From positions 1-58,428 of the IMG/VR virus record IMGVR_UViG_3300037634_006328: a stretch of 58,428 nucleotides of DNA; one strand, 5' to 3'. Both the position numbers and the translations under genes were made by a program. This stretch comes from a virus (taxonomy: Duplodnaviria > Caudoviricetes). The notes beneath the pieces were generated by a model. It searched no databases. It had not been told where the DNA came from and saw only the letters and a list, made by a program, of their open reading frames with translations. Shown here piece after piece: positions 19,299 to 29,166 of this stretch (its first letter is position 1; every line of letters starts with the position of its first letter).

Positions 19299-22200
19299 AA
19301 TTCCATTTGTGGGCCTTCACGCCCACAGTGTGGCCGGTTCGATATTTGACGCACTGGGTTATCCCAATGAGCACATGGATTTTTGCCATTCAAACGGCGG
19401 TGAAGCATTAGCTTTGACCGATCATGGTAATATGAACGGGTTTTCTCATCAAGTCTTACACGCCAAGAAGATGAACGCTGAAGGTCGAGAATTCAAGCCG
19501 ATTTACGGTGTTGAGGCTTACTTTATCCCTTCGCATAAGAAGTGGAAGGAAGATTATGCAACTGTAATGGAGGATAAGAAAGCCGCAAAGAAGGCGAAGA
19601 AGGAAGAGACTTCTGGCGCTTCGGTCGAGAACGAAGGTGAGAGTAAAAAAGCTGCTAGAAGCATTCTGAACAAAAGACGCCATTTGGTCCTTTTAGCCCA
19701 AAACGAAGCTGGTCTAAAGAATCTTTTTAAGTTAATTTCAGATTCTTACACCGAAGACAAATTCTATCGATTCCCTCGCATCGATTACGAAATGCTCAAG
19801 AACCACTCTGAAGGTGTCATCGCGGCGTCCGCATGTCTAGGTGGGGTTTATGCGGGAAACTACTGGGAGAACCGCGAGGAGGGTCCTGAAGCCGTCCTTA
19901 AAGCCATGAGGGAGACCACAGAAGAAATGGTTGGGATCTTCGGGGACCGCTGGCACGGAGAACTTCAGTGGAACAATATTCCAGAACAGCACACCCTGAA
20001 TAAACATATCATCCAAATGCACAAAGAATACGGAATCCCTCTTATCTCAACGGCGGATAGCCACTATCCTACACCGGATGCGTGGGAATCTCGTGAAATG
20101 TATAAAAAACTTGGTTGGATGGGGAAATCAAGGCCAGATTGGGCAACTAACGAACTACCTGTTTCTGTAGAGGAGATTGGTTATGAGTTATACCCGAAGA
20201 ATGGCGATCAAATGTGGGAGTCGTATAAGAAATATTCGCAGGAGTGCGGTGTCGAATATGACGATGATTTGGTATATCAGTCTATTATCGAAACACATAA
20301 TATTGCTTTCAACAGGATTGACTCTTTTTACCCTGACACTTCTGTTAGGCTTCCTAAGTTTGTCACTCCAGAAGGTGAAACAGCAGATTCAGCCCTAAGA
20401 AAGCTTGCTTTCAAGGGTTTATTTAAGAAGGGTAAACACGAACTTCCAGAATATCGGGAAAGATTGGAATATGAACTTTCTGTAATCGCAGATCGTGGTT
20501 TTTCCGAGTATTTCCTAATGATGGATAAAATCAATGAAATAGCGGCGCAACACATGCTTTCCGGCCCCGGACGCGGATCTGCCGCCGGCTCTTTGGTCTC
20601 TTATGTAGTCGAAATTACTCAAATTGATCCAATCAAGTTTGATTTGCAGTTTGAGAGATTCCTTCGCTCCGACGCAACAGATTACCCAGATATCGATTAT
20701 GATGTTTCTCGTCCAATGGAATTGAAAGAGATTCTTGCTGATATTTGGGGAGATAATACGGTTGTGCCAATTTCCAATTGGAACACCCTACAACTGAAGT
20801 CTCTGATCAAAGATATCTCCAAGTTTTATGACATTCCTTTCGCTGAAGCGAATCTCGTAACAAACAAAATGATGATTGAGGCCACACCCCCTGCAAAGAA
20901 GGCTAGGGGTCAAAAAACAGGTGTTTACACCCCAACGTACCAAGAGGTGAAGAAGTATTCTGCATCAATGCAAGCATTCTTGATTAAGTATCCACACATC
21001 GATACACATGTCGAAGCTTTGTTTGGACAGGTTAGATCTTGTGGTCGCCACGCTGGTGGTGTCGTGATCGCCGATGATCTTGATTCTCATATGCCTCTGA
21101 TCTCTTCAAAGAATGTGCGGCAGGTGCCATGGGCTGAAGGGATGAATGTCCGACACTTGGAACCATTCGGCTTCATTAAGTTCGATATCCTTGGTCTCGA
21201 AACCATGAACACCATTGAGGGTGCGATTAGGCATATTCTCAAGCGCCACCACAACATTGAGGAGCCAACATTCGCTCAAATTAATGATTTCTATAAAAAG
21301 AATCTCCATCCGGACGTTCTTGATATGGAAGACAAAGCCGTGTGGAAGAATATCTTTCAGAAAGGTTGCTGGGCTGGTATTTTCCAATTTACGAAAGAGG
21401 GTTCACAGAATCTTTGTTCTCAAGCGAAACCTACAGGTATTGTTGATTTGGCGGCTGTAACCAGTATCTATCGCCCCGGCCCATTGGAGGCTGGCGTAGA
21501 TAAAGATTACATTGTCACCTTGAATGACCCGAAGAGTGTTCGCTATGTGAACGACATTCACAAGAATGTCACCGAAGAGACAAGAGGGTTTCTTATCTTT
21601 CAGGAACAGATTTCAGCCCTTGCTCACACTCTGGGAAAGGATATCTCTCTTAATGAAGGAAACAAGATCCGAAAGGCTCTGACGAAGACTCCTCGGAATG
21701 AAAAACTGGTTTCTTCATATCGGGATTTGTTTATCACTGGGTGTGTTGAAAAGGGTATGGCTCTGGAAGTATCTGAAAGGCTTTGGGCTACTATGGATAA
21801 TTTCTCCGGATACGGCTTCAATAAGAGTCACGCCGTATCATACAGTATCGTATCATATATGTGCGCTTGGCTATTGACCCACTATGAGCCTGAATGGGTT
21901 GTTTCATTCCTCGATAAAGAGCCGGAAGATCGCAAAGCGAAAGCAATTGCAATCGCCAAGTCTCTTGGTTACAATATTGAGCCTGTGAATGTGAATACGT
22001 CTGGTTTAACCTGGGAGATCTCGACAGACGGCACCACATTTATTCAACCACTGACAAGTGTAAAGGGCGTGGGGGAGATCGCCATTCGTGAGATAATGAA
22101 AGGTCGCCCCTTTAACAATATTGAAGAATTCTTGTTCAATGAAGAGATGCGCTATTCTAAGCTGAACAAAAAAGCTCTTGATGTTTTGGTTCGTTGCGAA

Positions 22201-22710
22201 GCTTTGGGTTGCCTAATGGACAATCGTTTCACCGGAATGAAACACTTTTGGTCTGCTGTTGCGGTCGATCGACCAAGGAAAGTAAAAGATCTTCATGAAA
22301 ACATCGATCTGTATCATGATGAAGGTTCGTTCACCGAAGAAGAGAAAATTCAATTCTTGTCTGATTTGACTGGACACTTCCCTCTCGACAGAGTCGTTTC
22401 TTACCAAGTTCTTGACAGACTTAAGCAACTCCACGTTCCACCGATTTCAGAATACGACCCTCTGCTTCAGCTTGTGTGGGCAATTCCTCGCAAGATTATC
22501 AAGAAAAAAACAAAGACAGATAAGACTTACTATATTATTGAAGTCACCGATTCTAACTCAACTTCTGTGTCAATTAAATGTTGGGGTGTATACAGTGGTG
22601 AAACGATAGAATTGAATAAACCCTATATGTTTAAACCACAATACAACGCCACCTGGGGCTTCTCAACTCGCGGGAGTTTGAAGAAAGCATGGAAGCAAAT
22701 TGATTCTTGA
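19285..22710 (+). CDS. dnaE: DNA polymerase III alpha subunit (family C)
   Basis: PHP domain LHAHS..S..D, LTDHG; GPGRGSAAGSLV; PDIDYD; HAGGVVI; KFDILGL; GFNKSHAVSY. Confidence 0.95.
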   Translation: MKESKIPFVGLHAHSVAGSIFDALGYPNEHMDFCHSNGGEALALTDHGNMNGFSHQVLHAKKMNAEGREFKPIYGVEAYFIPSHKKWKEDYATVMEDKKAAKKAKKEETSGASVENEGESKKAARSILNKRRHLVLLAQNEAGLKNLFKLISDSYTEDKFYRFPRIDYEMLKNHSEGVIAASACLGGVYAGNYWENREEGPEAVLKAMRETTEEMVGIFGDRWHGELQWNNIPEQHTLNKHIIQMHKEYGIPLISTADSHYPTPDAWESREMYKKLGWMGKSRPDWATNELPVSVEEIGYELYPKNGDQMWESYKKYSQECGVEYDDDLVYQSIIETHNIAFNRIDSFYPDTSVRLPKFVTPEGETADSALRKLAFKGLFKKGKHELPEYRERLEYELSVIADRGFSEYFLMMDKINEIAAQHMLSGPGRGSAAGSLVSYVVEITQIDPIKFDLQFERFLRSDATDYPDIDYDVSRPMELKEILADIWGDNTVVPISNWNTLQLKSLIKDISKFYDIPFAEANLVTNKMMIEATPPAKKARGQKTGVYTPTYQEVKKYSASMQAFLIKYPHIDTHVEALFGQVRSCGRHAGGVVIADDLDSHMPLISSKNVRQVPWAEGMNVRHLEPFGFIKFDILGLETMNTIEGAIRHILKRHHNIEEPTFAQINDFYKKNLHPDVLDMEDKAVWKNIFQKGCWAGIFQFTKEGSQNLCSQAKPTGIVDLAAVTSIYRPGPLEAGVDKDYIVTLNDPKSVRYVNDIHKNVTEETRGFLIFQEQISALAHTLGKDISLNEGNKIRKALTKTPRNEKLVSSYRDLFITGCVEKGMALEVSERLWATMDNFSGYGFNKSHAVSYSIVSYMCAWLLTHYEPEWVVSFLDKEPEDRKAKAIAIAKSLGYNIEPVNVNTSGLTWEISTDGTTFIQPLTSVKGVGEIAIREIMKGRPFNNIEEFLFNEEMRYSKLNKKALDVLVRCEALGCLMDNRFTGMKHFWSAVAVDRPRKVKDLHENIDLYHDEGSFTEEEKIQFLSDLTGHFPLDRVVSYQVLDRLKQLHVPPISEYDPLLQLVWAIPRKIIKKKTKTDKTYYIIEVTDSNSTSVSIKCWGVYSGETIELNKPYMFKPQYNATWGFSTRGSLKKAWKQIDS

Positions 22711-22734
22711 CAGAGTGGTCGGATCGGTTATATT
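22707..22734 (+). promoter_or_regulatory. sigma70-like promoter
   Basis: TTGACA-N16-TATATT; the TGA in the -35 box is the dnaE stop codon. Confidence 0.7.
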
Positions 22735-22767
22735 ATAGGGGTAAGGGGAAATGATGGGAGACAAGTT

Positions 22768-23292
22768 ATGAATATTTTTGCCATCGAAGGAAACATTACC
22801 ACAGGAGAGATCGACTGGATTGAGTCTGCGAAATCACAAGATAACTTACGAGTTGTTAAGATGACACTTGAGACTTGCCAAATTTTGTCAACTGCATTAA
22901 ACACGCACGGGTTGGCTGGGCCGTATCGCTCATTCAACCCAAAACACCCATCTTGTTTGTGGGCTATTGAAAGCTCCTCGAATTTTTTGAATCTATTTCG
23001 ACACGGGAATGCGCTTAGTGCGGAATATACAGAAAGGTTTAGTAAGATACACAAATGTCAACATGTTTTGAATCAAATTTCTGCAAGATTCGATCATAGG
23101 GTATTCCCCGAATCTAAACCTACCCCTTTGCGCCTAGCAATCCCAGAAGAATTCAAAACAGATAATCCTATTTTATCATATCGTAAGTTCTATGCGTCGA
23201 AGCCAAGAATTCGTTACCCGCTGAAGAAAATACCTTCATGGTTTCTTGATTTAAGAGGGAACTTAGACTTCGATATCATCAAGGAAAAGTAA
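22768..23292 (+). CDS. pyrimidine dimer DNA glycosylase / endonuclease V-like
   Basis: MNIF...VVKMTLETCQILST...HPSCLW...EYTERFSKIHK...YRKFY. Confidence 0.8.
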   Translation: MNIFAIEGNITTGEIDWIESAKSQDNLRVVKMTLETCQILSTALNTHGLAGPYRSFNPKHPSCLWAIESSSNFLNLFRHGNALSAEYTERFSKIHKCQHVLNQISARFDHRVFPESKPTPLRLAIPEEFKTDNPILSYRKFYASKPRIRYPLKKIPSWFLDLRGNLDFDIIKEK

Positions 23293-23411
23293 AGAGTGAT
23301 TGCAGCACCGAGAGAGGAAAGAGAAGTATTGTTCTCTGGAACATGGGGCGATACGAAGGGCTAGAAAAGCCGACATTAAACTATATTTGAATAAACCAAA
23401 TGGAGAATTAG

Positions 23412-23678
23412 ATGAGTGACGAACAAACAGAAAAGAACGAGCACATTGTTGAGTATATTCGCGATCTATTCGCGATTGAGCAAGCTATGGAGCCCTACAA
23501 GGACCAAAAGAGAGAGTTGCGGAAGCATTATCGCGATAACGGATATCTAAATACTGACGAAATCCGCCTTGCGGTCAAAGCGTATAGGTTGGTTCAATCG
23601 GATTTCGATATGGAAGAGTTACTCGATATGTATCAGACGATTATCACTGGCGGGAGCAAGAAAAACGATGATTCTTGA
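23412..23678 (+). CDS. small dsDNA-binding protein (T4 DsbA/GapR-like)
   Basis: Helical 88-aa protein, IE..ME..K...RE......G....IR..VK pattern. Confidence 0.5.
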   Translation: MSDEQTEKNEHIVEYIRDLFAIEQAMEPYKDQKRELRKHYRDNGYLNTDEIRLAVKAYRLVQSDFDMEELLDMYQTIITGGSKKNDDS

Positions 23679-24126
23679 ATATACTTCAGAACCGTATGCA
23701 AATTTCAAACCCTTCAGGGCGAACCCCTCGGATGCGGGGTTAGATTTACCTTTCAACCCGGAGGATGGAAAAGATGTCCGAATTCGACCGGGGGAAAGTC
23801 ATTTACTTGACACTGGGCTGCGATTTGCAATACCCCATGGGTATATGCTTGAAATTAAGAATCGTTCTGGCATGGCTTTTAAGCGTAGTCTGGTTGTCGG
23901 TGCTTGTGTGGTAGATTCAGGGTACGAGGGTAAAGTCTTTGTAAATCTTCACAATATTGGCACTTTCGACCAACTTATCAACCCCGGCGATCGTATTGCA
24001 CAGGGTGTGGTTATTCCGGTCGTGCATGCTCGCTTTGTTGAGGCCGCAAACTCTCTTGATTGGTATCCAATTACTATTTCCGGTCGAGGTGAAGGGGCAC
24101 TAGGGAGCACTGATGAAAAAGCTTAA
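23668..24126 (+). CDS. dut: dUTPase (trimeric)
   Basis: DAGLDL, NRSG, VVDSGYEG, GDRIAQ, RGEGALGST. Confidence 0.95.
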   Translation: MILEYTSEPYANFKPFRANPSDAGLDLPFNPEDGKDVRIRPGESHLLDTGLRFAIPHGYMLEIKNRSGMAFKRSLVVGACVVDSGYEGKVFVNLHNIGTFDQLINPGDRIAQGVVIPVVHARFVEAANSLDWYPITISGRGEGALGSTDEKA

Positions 24127-24232
24127 AACATCGTTTTTTGAATTCGTAGCAAACCCATATGTTTGTGTAACAGTTTTTTGGCTTGGCTGGGCAGGGTTTG
24201 TCATTTTGCTTTTTAGATTATTGGGGATTTAA
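24113..24232 (+). CDS. 39-aa membrane peptide (not in ORF track)
   Basis: MKKLKTSFFEFVANPYVCVTVFWLGWAGFVILLFRLLGI fills the gap between dut and the MTase. Confidence 0.45.
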   Translation: MKKLKTSFFEFVANPYVCVTVFWLGWAGFVILLFRLLGI

Positions 24233-24708
24233 TGGACAAGAGTGCAACAGAAACAATGTTTTCCAACAAATCAAATGAGTGGTCGACTCCGAACGAGTTT
24301 TATGAAAAGCTGGATTCAATATTCAACTTTACGCTCGATCCTTGTGCAACCGATGAAAACCACAAGTGTGACAAGTTCTACACGATGGAAGATGATGGTC
24401 TTGTTCAAGATTGGGGAGGGGAAAAGGTGTTTGTGAATCCACCATATTCAGAGAATACGAAATGGTTGGAAAAGTGCTATAACGAGTCTCAAAAGCCAAA
24501 CACAATTGTTGTGGTTTTGATTCCGTCAAGAACAGACACGAAGTATTGGCACAACTACGCGATGAAAGCTTCTCATATCTATTTTGTAAAGGGTCGTTTG
24601 AAGTTCGGAAACCAGAGGAACTCGGCACCCTTCCCATCTGCGGTGCTGATATTCAGGCAAAGATTCGGCGATACTGATCCACAAATTTCCACAATCGAGA
24701 GAAAGTGA
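24232..24708 (+). CDS. phage N6-adenine DNA methyltransferase (Dam family)
   Basis: EWSTP, FTLDPCA, VFVNPPYS, SRTDTKYW, GRLKF, SAPFPS. Confidence 0.9.
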   Translation: MDKSATETMFSNKSNEWSTPNEFYEKLDSIFNFTLDPCATDENHKCDKFYTMEDDGLVQDWGGEKVFVNPPYSENTKWLEKCYNESQKPNTIVVVLIPSRTDTKYWHNYAMKASHIYFVKGRLKFGNQRNSAPFPSAVLIFRQRFGDTDPQISTIERK

Positions 24709-25046
24709 TGAATAGGGAACAGCGCCGCCAAGCCGCAAGACAGGCCAAAAAAAGTGGCGACGATGCGGTTGCAGAAAAGATAATGCTTTTCAACAAAATG
24801 CCCGATTACTGTCTCACTTGCGAAGAGCCTTTTGATAAACAAGACAGGGAAATGGTTATGACTTGGCATGTCATAGTAGATAACAAGAAAGAGCAGGTAA
24901 GGTTATATTGCCCAACCTGTATGTCTGAAGCACAAAGAATATTGGAGGATTTCAATGAACACCTTTCTAGAAAGAGCGATGATGAGTCGGGTAACGAAGA
25001 AGAGAGAGCCGGATACCGCAATCAAGGGGATGATGGAAATTTGTAG
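24705..25046 (+). CDS. zinc-finger hypothetical protein
   Basis: NREQRR start; CLTC...CPTC. Confidence 0.6.
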   Translation: MMNREQRRQAARQAKKSGDDAVAEKIMLFNKMPDYCLTCEEPFDKQDREMVMTWHVIVDNKKEQVRLYCPTCMSEAQRILEDFNEHLSRKSDDESGNEEERAGYRNQGDDGNL

Positions 25047-25215
25047 CAGAGTTGTTGATGGAACATTCCAAGTTACAGTTGAACAAGATGACGGCGGTTC
25101 CCACGTCCAAGTCGCGATTGAAAGACAGTCGGTGTTCAATATAGTAGATGTTCCGGACAAAATTGGTGGGTATCGGGTGATTGTTATTCATGTGCCTGTT
25201 GGGTATTTGAAATGA
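24979..25215 (+). CDS. hypothetical protein
   Basis: ORF coupled to the next gene. Confidence 0.4.
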   Translation: MMSRVTKKREPDTAIKGMMEICSRVVDGTFQVTVEQDDGGSHVQVAIERQSVFNIVDVPDKIGGYRVIVIHVPVGYLK

Positions 25216-25499
25216 GTCAAAGAGGAAAGAAGCGGAACACTCTTTTTTGCCAGCCTGAACCTGAAAAATGTGAAGCGGAATTTGCTAGCAATGTCGACCA
25301 CCCCACTCACTACAACACTGGAACAATCGAAACGATTGAGTTTCTTGAATCACTGAACGTCGCAGAAGACTTCTGCGTCGGGAATGCCATCAAGTACCTT
25401 TCCAGATATAAACACAAGGGTAAGCCCTTGGAAGATTTAGAGAAAGCTCTTTGGTATGTGGAGAGAGCAATTCAAAATTTGGAGAAAGAAAGTGAATAA
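25212..25499 (+). CDS. DUF3310 / SaV-like protein
   Basis: VDHPTHY..G.IETI...FCVGNAIKYLSRYKHKG..LEDLEKALWY. Confidence 0.85.
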   Translation: MSQRGKKRNTLFCQPEPEKCEAEFASNVDHPTHYNTGTIETIEFLESLNVAEDFCVGNAIKYLSRYKHKGKPLEDLEKALWYVERAIQNLEKESE

Positions 25500-25562
25500 C
25501 TTAACCGATTTGCTGTTTTTAATTGTTACAATTGTGTTTGTCGCGGCTGTGGTGGTGTCTCT

Positions 25563-26567
25563 ATGAAAGAGCATCTAACATACGACGATGTACTTTTGCA
25601 ACCTCAATATTCAGAAATTGAAAGTAAACACGATGTTGACATTTCCCCGCCAATCGCAGGTATGGAACTTCCAATATTTTCAGCCCCGATGGAAACTGTA
25701 ACAGGTTTGGAATCTGCACTAGCCCTATACGAAGTTGGTGGAAGGGGGGTTATCCATCGATATAATTCGATAGATGAACAAGTCGCCATTTGCAGGGATA
25801 TGTTTTCGTTGACCCCCGTTCAAGCAAACCACCCAGTGTATGCAGCAGTTGGTGTAACTGGGGACTCTAGAAAAAGAGTTCAGGCACTTTACAACGCCGG
25901 AGTCCGCGCATTCTGTGTTGACGTAGCACACGGACATCACGTTCTGGTAAAAAAGATGTTGGAAGATATGCGCGATGCCTATAAATCCAAAATTACCATT
26001 ATGGCAGGAAATGTAGCAACATTGGAGGCTTTTAATGATTTGGCAGATTGGGGCGCTGATTCTATACGTTGTGGGATTGGTGGCGGTTCCATCTGTTCGA
26101 CGCGAATTCAGACAGGACATGGGGTCCCCAGCTTGCAAACAGTCCTTGATTGTGGGAGAAGCAATAGAGAGGCTATATTGATTGCGGACGGAGGAATCCG
26201 AAAATCAGGAGATATAGTCAAAGCACTTGCTGCCGGTGCTGATTGTGTAATGCTGGGTTCGCTTTTAGCAGGAACCACAGAAGCTCCAGGTGATTTGGTA
26301 CATGGTAAGAAAGTGTATCGTGGAATGGCTTCGAAAGAAGCTCAACTAGATTGGAGGGGCAAGGTGTCGTCCATTGAGGGTATTCAAACCATGGTTCAGT
26401 GGAAAGGTTCTGTAAAAGAGGTTCTTGACGAACTATGTACTGGCATCAGAAGCGGATTTTCATATAGTGGTGCTAAGGATTTGAAAGAATTCCAGAGTAA
26501 AGCTCGTTTTTTGAAACAATCGAAAGCCTCTATTTTTGAGAGCGGGACACACATTTTAAACAAATGA
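25563..26567 (+). CDS. IMP dehydrogenase / GMP reductase family protein without CBS domains
   Basis: LTYDDVLLQP, SAPMETV, DVAHGH, AGNVAT, GIGGGSICSTR, ADGGIR, YRGMAS. Confidence 0.88.
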   Translation: MKEHLTYDDVLLQPQYSEIESKHDVDISPPIAGMELPIFSAPMETVTGLESALALYEVGGRGVIHRYNSIDEQVAICRDMFSLTPVQANHPVYAAVGVTGDSRKRVQALYNAGVRAFCVDVAHGHHVLVKKMLEDMRDAYKSKITIMAGNVATLEAFNDLADWGADSIRCGIGGGSICSTRIQTGHGVPSLQTVLDCGRSNREAILIADGGIRKSGDIVKALAAGADCVMLGSLLAGTTEAPGDLVHGKKVYRGMASKEAQLDWRGKVSSIEGIQTMVQWKGSVKEVLDELCTGIRSGFSYSGAKDLKEFQSKARFLKQSKASIFESGTHILNK

Positions 26568-26905
26568 AACATAGTGAAGAAAAACTAGTAGGACAGCTTG
26601 GCAAAAAGGTTGTATTCTACGAGACAGACAAACGGTATGCCGACCTTTTAGTTAGATTGAGTCGGGATGGCCTGAATGCTTCTTATTTCTTCAGGGCAAT
26701 CATGACAGGGTATATCCACCAAGACCCAGATGTGATGAAATTTGTTGAAAAAATACAGATTCATCGGAACTTGGGTAAGGAGCCATTGAAGAATGGGAGA
26801 ATACTTTGTGAGACTGGGAAAGAAGCATTAGAAAACCTGAAACTATCGGAAGAAGAAATACAAAGTATTTTTGATATTTTGGAAAGCGAGAATCCTGATT
26901 TATAG
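26564..26905 (+). CDS. hypothetical protein
   Basis: Coupled ORF. Confidence 0.55.
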   Translation: MKHSEEKLVGQLGKKVVFYETDKRYADLLVRLSRDGLNASYFFRAIMTGYIHQDPDVMKFVEKIQIHRNLGKEPLKNGRILCETGKEALENLKLSEEEIQSIFDILESENPDL

Positions 26906-26959
26906 GTGTTTTGGGTATCAATCTACTATTTATCTATGTATCGAAAGGAGTTATTATCG

Positions 26960-27607
26960 ATGAGTAAAAGAAAGACACTTTTGGCCGAACACCGTGTTCG
27001 CAAATTTATGAAATTGGCCGACATTGGGAATCTTTCTGAAAGCTTCCTATCTGAAATGGAAGACGAGGAAGAACTGGACCTTGAAGATGAGCTAGAAGGC
27101 GACCTCGATGGTGAAGAGCCCTTGGATGACGCCCCAGAAGGGGATTTAGACATCGATGTGGACGACGAGCCTGTATTAGACGTAGATGACGAAGCTGCCG
27201 ACACTGGTTCTTCGGTTTCCGAGGATGAAATTAAAGATCTGGTTGATGCGATTGCAGATGCGATTGAACAGCATACCGGCGTGGAAGTTGGAGTTTCTGG
27301 TGGAGACACCGATACCGACCTCGCCGACTTCGACGCCGAAGAAGAATTAGATGTTGATATGGGTGACGACGACATGGGTGTGGAAGCGCCACCAGTCGAA
27401 GTCGAAGACGAAGAAGAGCTTCCAGGGGATGAAGGGCCGTTGCAGGAAATGGCAGAAGATGACGAAGATTACATGATGGACGAAGACATGGTGAGCGAAG
27501 TAGTCCGCAGAGTGAAGGCTCGTTTGCAAGAATCAAAGAAAGATGCCAAGCGTGACGTGTTCGCTGATAAATTAGCTACACGTCTCTTAAAATCTCTTGA
27601 CAAGTGA
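26960..27607 (+). CDS. highly acidic protein, possibly prohead core/scaffold-like
   Basis: D/E-rich low-complexity body; AAGGAG RBS before ATG 26960; late motif at 26925. Confidence 0.55.
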   Translation: MSKRKTLLAEHRVRKFMKLADIGNLSESFLSEMEDEEELDLEDELEGDLDGEEPLDDAPEGDLDIDVDDEPVLDVDDEAADTGSSVSEDEIKDLVDAIADAIEQHTGVEVGVSGGDTDTDLADFDAEEELDVDMGDDDMGVEAPPVEVEDEEELPGDEGPLQEMAEDDEDYMMDEDMVSEVVRRVKARLQESKKDAKRDVFADKLATRLLKSLDK

Positions 27608-27652
27608 GCCATAACGGTTACATTATACTAGGGAAGGCAAGATAATAACTCC

Positions 27653-27682
27653 AAGCCCCGCGCAAGCGGGGCTTTTTCTTTT
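27653..27682 (+). terminator. intrinsic terminator
   Basis: AAGCCCCGC-GCAA-GCGGGGCTT followed by TTTCTTTT. Confidence 0.85.
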
Positions 27683-27691
27683 AGGGGATAG

Positions 27692-28072
27692 ATGGATTTA
27701 ACAACTATAGCTTTTGGTGTGTTAGTGGGTCTGGCGTTGTCGAGGCTTGTTAATTTCTTTATTGGCTTGGGTAAGGTTTTGATTTGGTTGCAAGATGCTG
27801 AAAAGACAGCCTTGCAGCTACTCTTTAGTGCTGCGGAATCCGCAAGCTATATCCAAAACATGAAATATGAGCAAATGGAAAGGCTTGGGGTAGACGTAGA
27901 GCAAATCAAATTGCAAAAACAAATTGATGATGAAATCTATAGAACTTGGAGAGAAACTGCAATATTGAGTCTTTTGAATTCATACACAGAGAGGTTCAGC
28001 AAGAATCGAACTTTCTATGATTGGGAATCTGCAATAAAAGCATACAACAAAATCAACGAGAGAGAGAAATGA
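27692..28072 (+). CDS. membrane-anchored hypothetical protein
   Basis: Hydrophobic N-terminal helix. Confidence 0.55.
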   Translation: MDLTTIAFGVLVGLALSRLVNFFIGLGKVLIWLQDAEKTALQLLFSAAESASYIQNMKYEQMERLGVDVEQIKLQKQIDDEIYRTWRETAILSLLNSYTERFSKNRTFYDWESAIKAYNKINEREK

Positions 28073-28734
28073 GTAAAATCGGATTTACACGCTTACAAAG
28101 GGAGGACGAATTGGAAGACACTGGAATAAATGAAGATGAGGTGGCCAAGGAACTACTGCTAGAAGAATCGACAGAAGAATCGGCAGAAGAGCCGCTCACA
28201 CTTGACAATCAAATGATTGGCATATTTTCGGATATCAACGAAGAGACTGCTGCTGAAGTAATTCACAACTTGCTCTTAATGAAGGCTGCCGCATCAACCT
28301 TGCCCGCCAATTCCCCAAAATCAAGTGTTGATTTTTACATATCCACTAACGGTGGGACCGCTCACGACATGTTTGCGGTTTACGATATCATGCGTATGGT
28401 TAGAGAACATATAGATATTTGTACAATAGGTGTCGGGAAGGTTATGTCTGCTGGTACACTGCTTCTTGCGGCTGGAACCAAGGGTAAAAGGAAGATAGGT
28501 AAAAACTGTAGAGTGATGATCCATGATGTAATTGGAGGTCATGTCGGACCAATGACCCAGTTAAAAAACGAAATGAAAGAAATCACTCACACGCAAAAGC
28601 AATACGCAGCCTCTTTGGTGGGCGAGACCACGATAACGAGTGAATATATGAAGATTATCCTAGAGAGAGGGGTTAATAGTTATCTCTCTGCGGAAGAAGC
28701 TTTGAAGATGGGTATTGTTGATGAGATATTTTGA
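28069..28734 (+). CDS. clpP: ClpP-family peptidase
   Basis: YISTNGG, VMSAGTLLLAAGTKGKR, VMIH, YLSAEEALKMGIVDEI. Confidence 0.88.
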   Translation: MSKIGFTRLQREDELEDTGINEDEVAKELLLEESTEESAEEPLTLDNQMIGIFSDINEETAAEVIHNLLLMKAAASTLPANSPKSSVDFYISTNGGTAHDMFAVYDIMRMVREHIDICTIGVGKVMSAGTLLLAAGTKGKRKIGKNCRVMIHDVIGGHVGPMTQLKNEMKEITHTQKQYAASLVGETTITSEYMKIILERGVNSYLSAEEALKMGIVDEIF

Positions 28735-28767
28735 TATCTCCGTGACTATTTAATTCTAGGAGAAATA

Positions 28768-29157
28768 ATGCCGTCATATAGTTCAAGATCGAGAGGGAAG
28801 CTACAAGAATGCCACCCGGACTTACAAGATTTATTCAACGAAGTGATCAAACACTTTGATTGTGCGATCTTGACAGGCCACAGATCTAAAGAGAAACAGA
28901 ATGATGCTTTCGCAAAGGGTTTGTCAAAATTGAAATACCCCCAATCGAAGCATAACAAAATGCCTTCTTTGGCGGTCGACGTTGCACCCTATCCAATTGA
29001 TTGGGGTGATAAAGAACGATTCTATTATTTTGCTGGAGTGGTGAAAGGTATTGCTACCCAAATGGGAATAGACATTCGCTGGGGCGGCGACTGGGATTCA
29101 GATACACAAGTTCATGATCAGACGTTTATGGACTTGCCACATTTCGAACTTAAATGA
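28768..29157 (+). CDS. endolysin, M15 L-Ala-D-Glu peptidase type
   Basis: GHRS..KQ, SKHN...LAVD, RWGGDW, DLPHFEL. Confidence 0.9.
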   Translation: MPSYSSRSRGKLQECHPDLQDLFNEVIKHFDCAILTGHRSKEKQNDAFAKGLSKLKYPQSKHNKMPSLAVDVAPYPIDWGDKERFYYFAGVVKGIATQMGIDIRWGGDWDSDTQVHDQTFMDLPHFELK

Positions 29158-29166
29158 GGATTATAG

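Noticed and set aside
7865-22710. Inteins or self-splicing introns in RecA, helicase, RNR or DnaE
   Set aside because: Lengths are normal, ORFs are uninterrupted, and no intein or LAGLIDADG motifs are visible.
23293-23411. Possible ribozyme or riboswitch in the 120-nt gap before the DsbA-like gene
   Set aside because: Only two short hairpins (AGAGAA/TTCTCT and GGCT/AGCC) and no recognisable conserved core.
25563-26567. Modified-base pathway (2-aminoadenine or 7-deazaguanine) around the IMPDH-like gene
   Set aside because: No purZ, folE, que or dpdA-like genes are in the window; ordinary nucleotide supply explains it.
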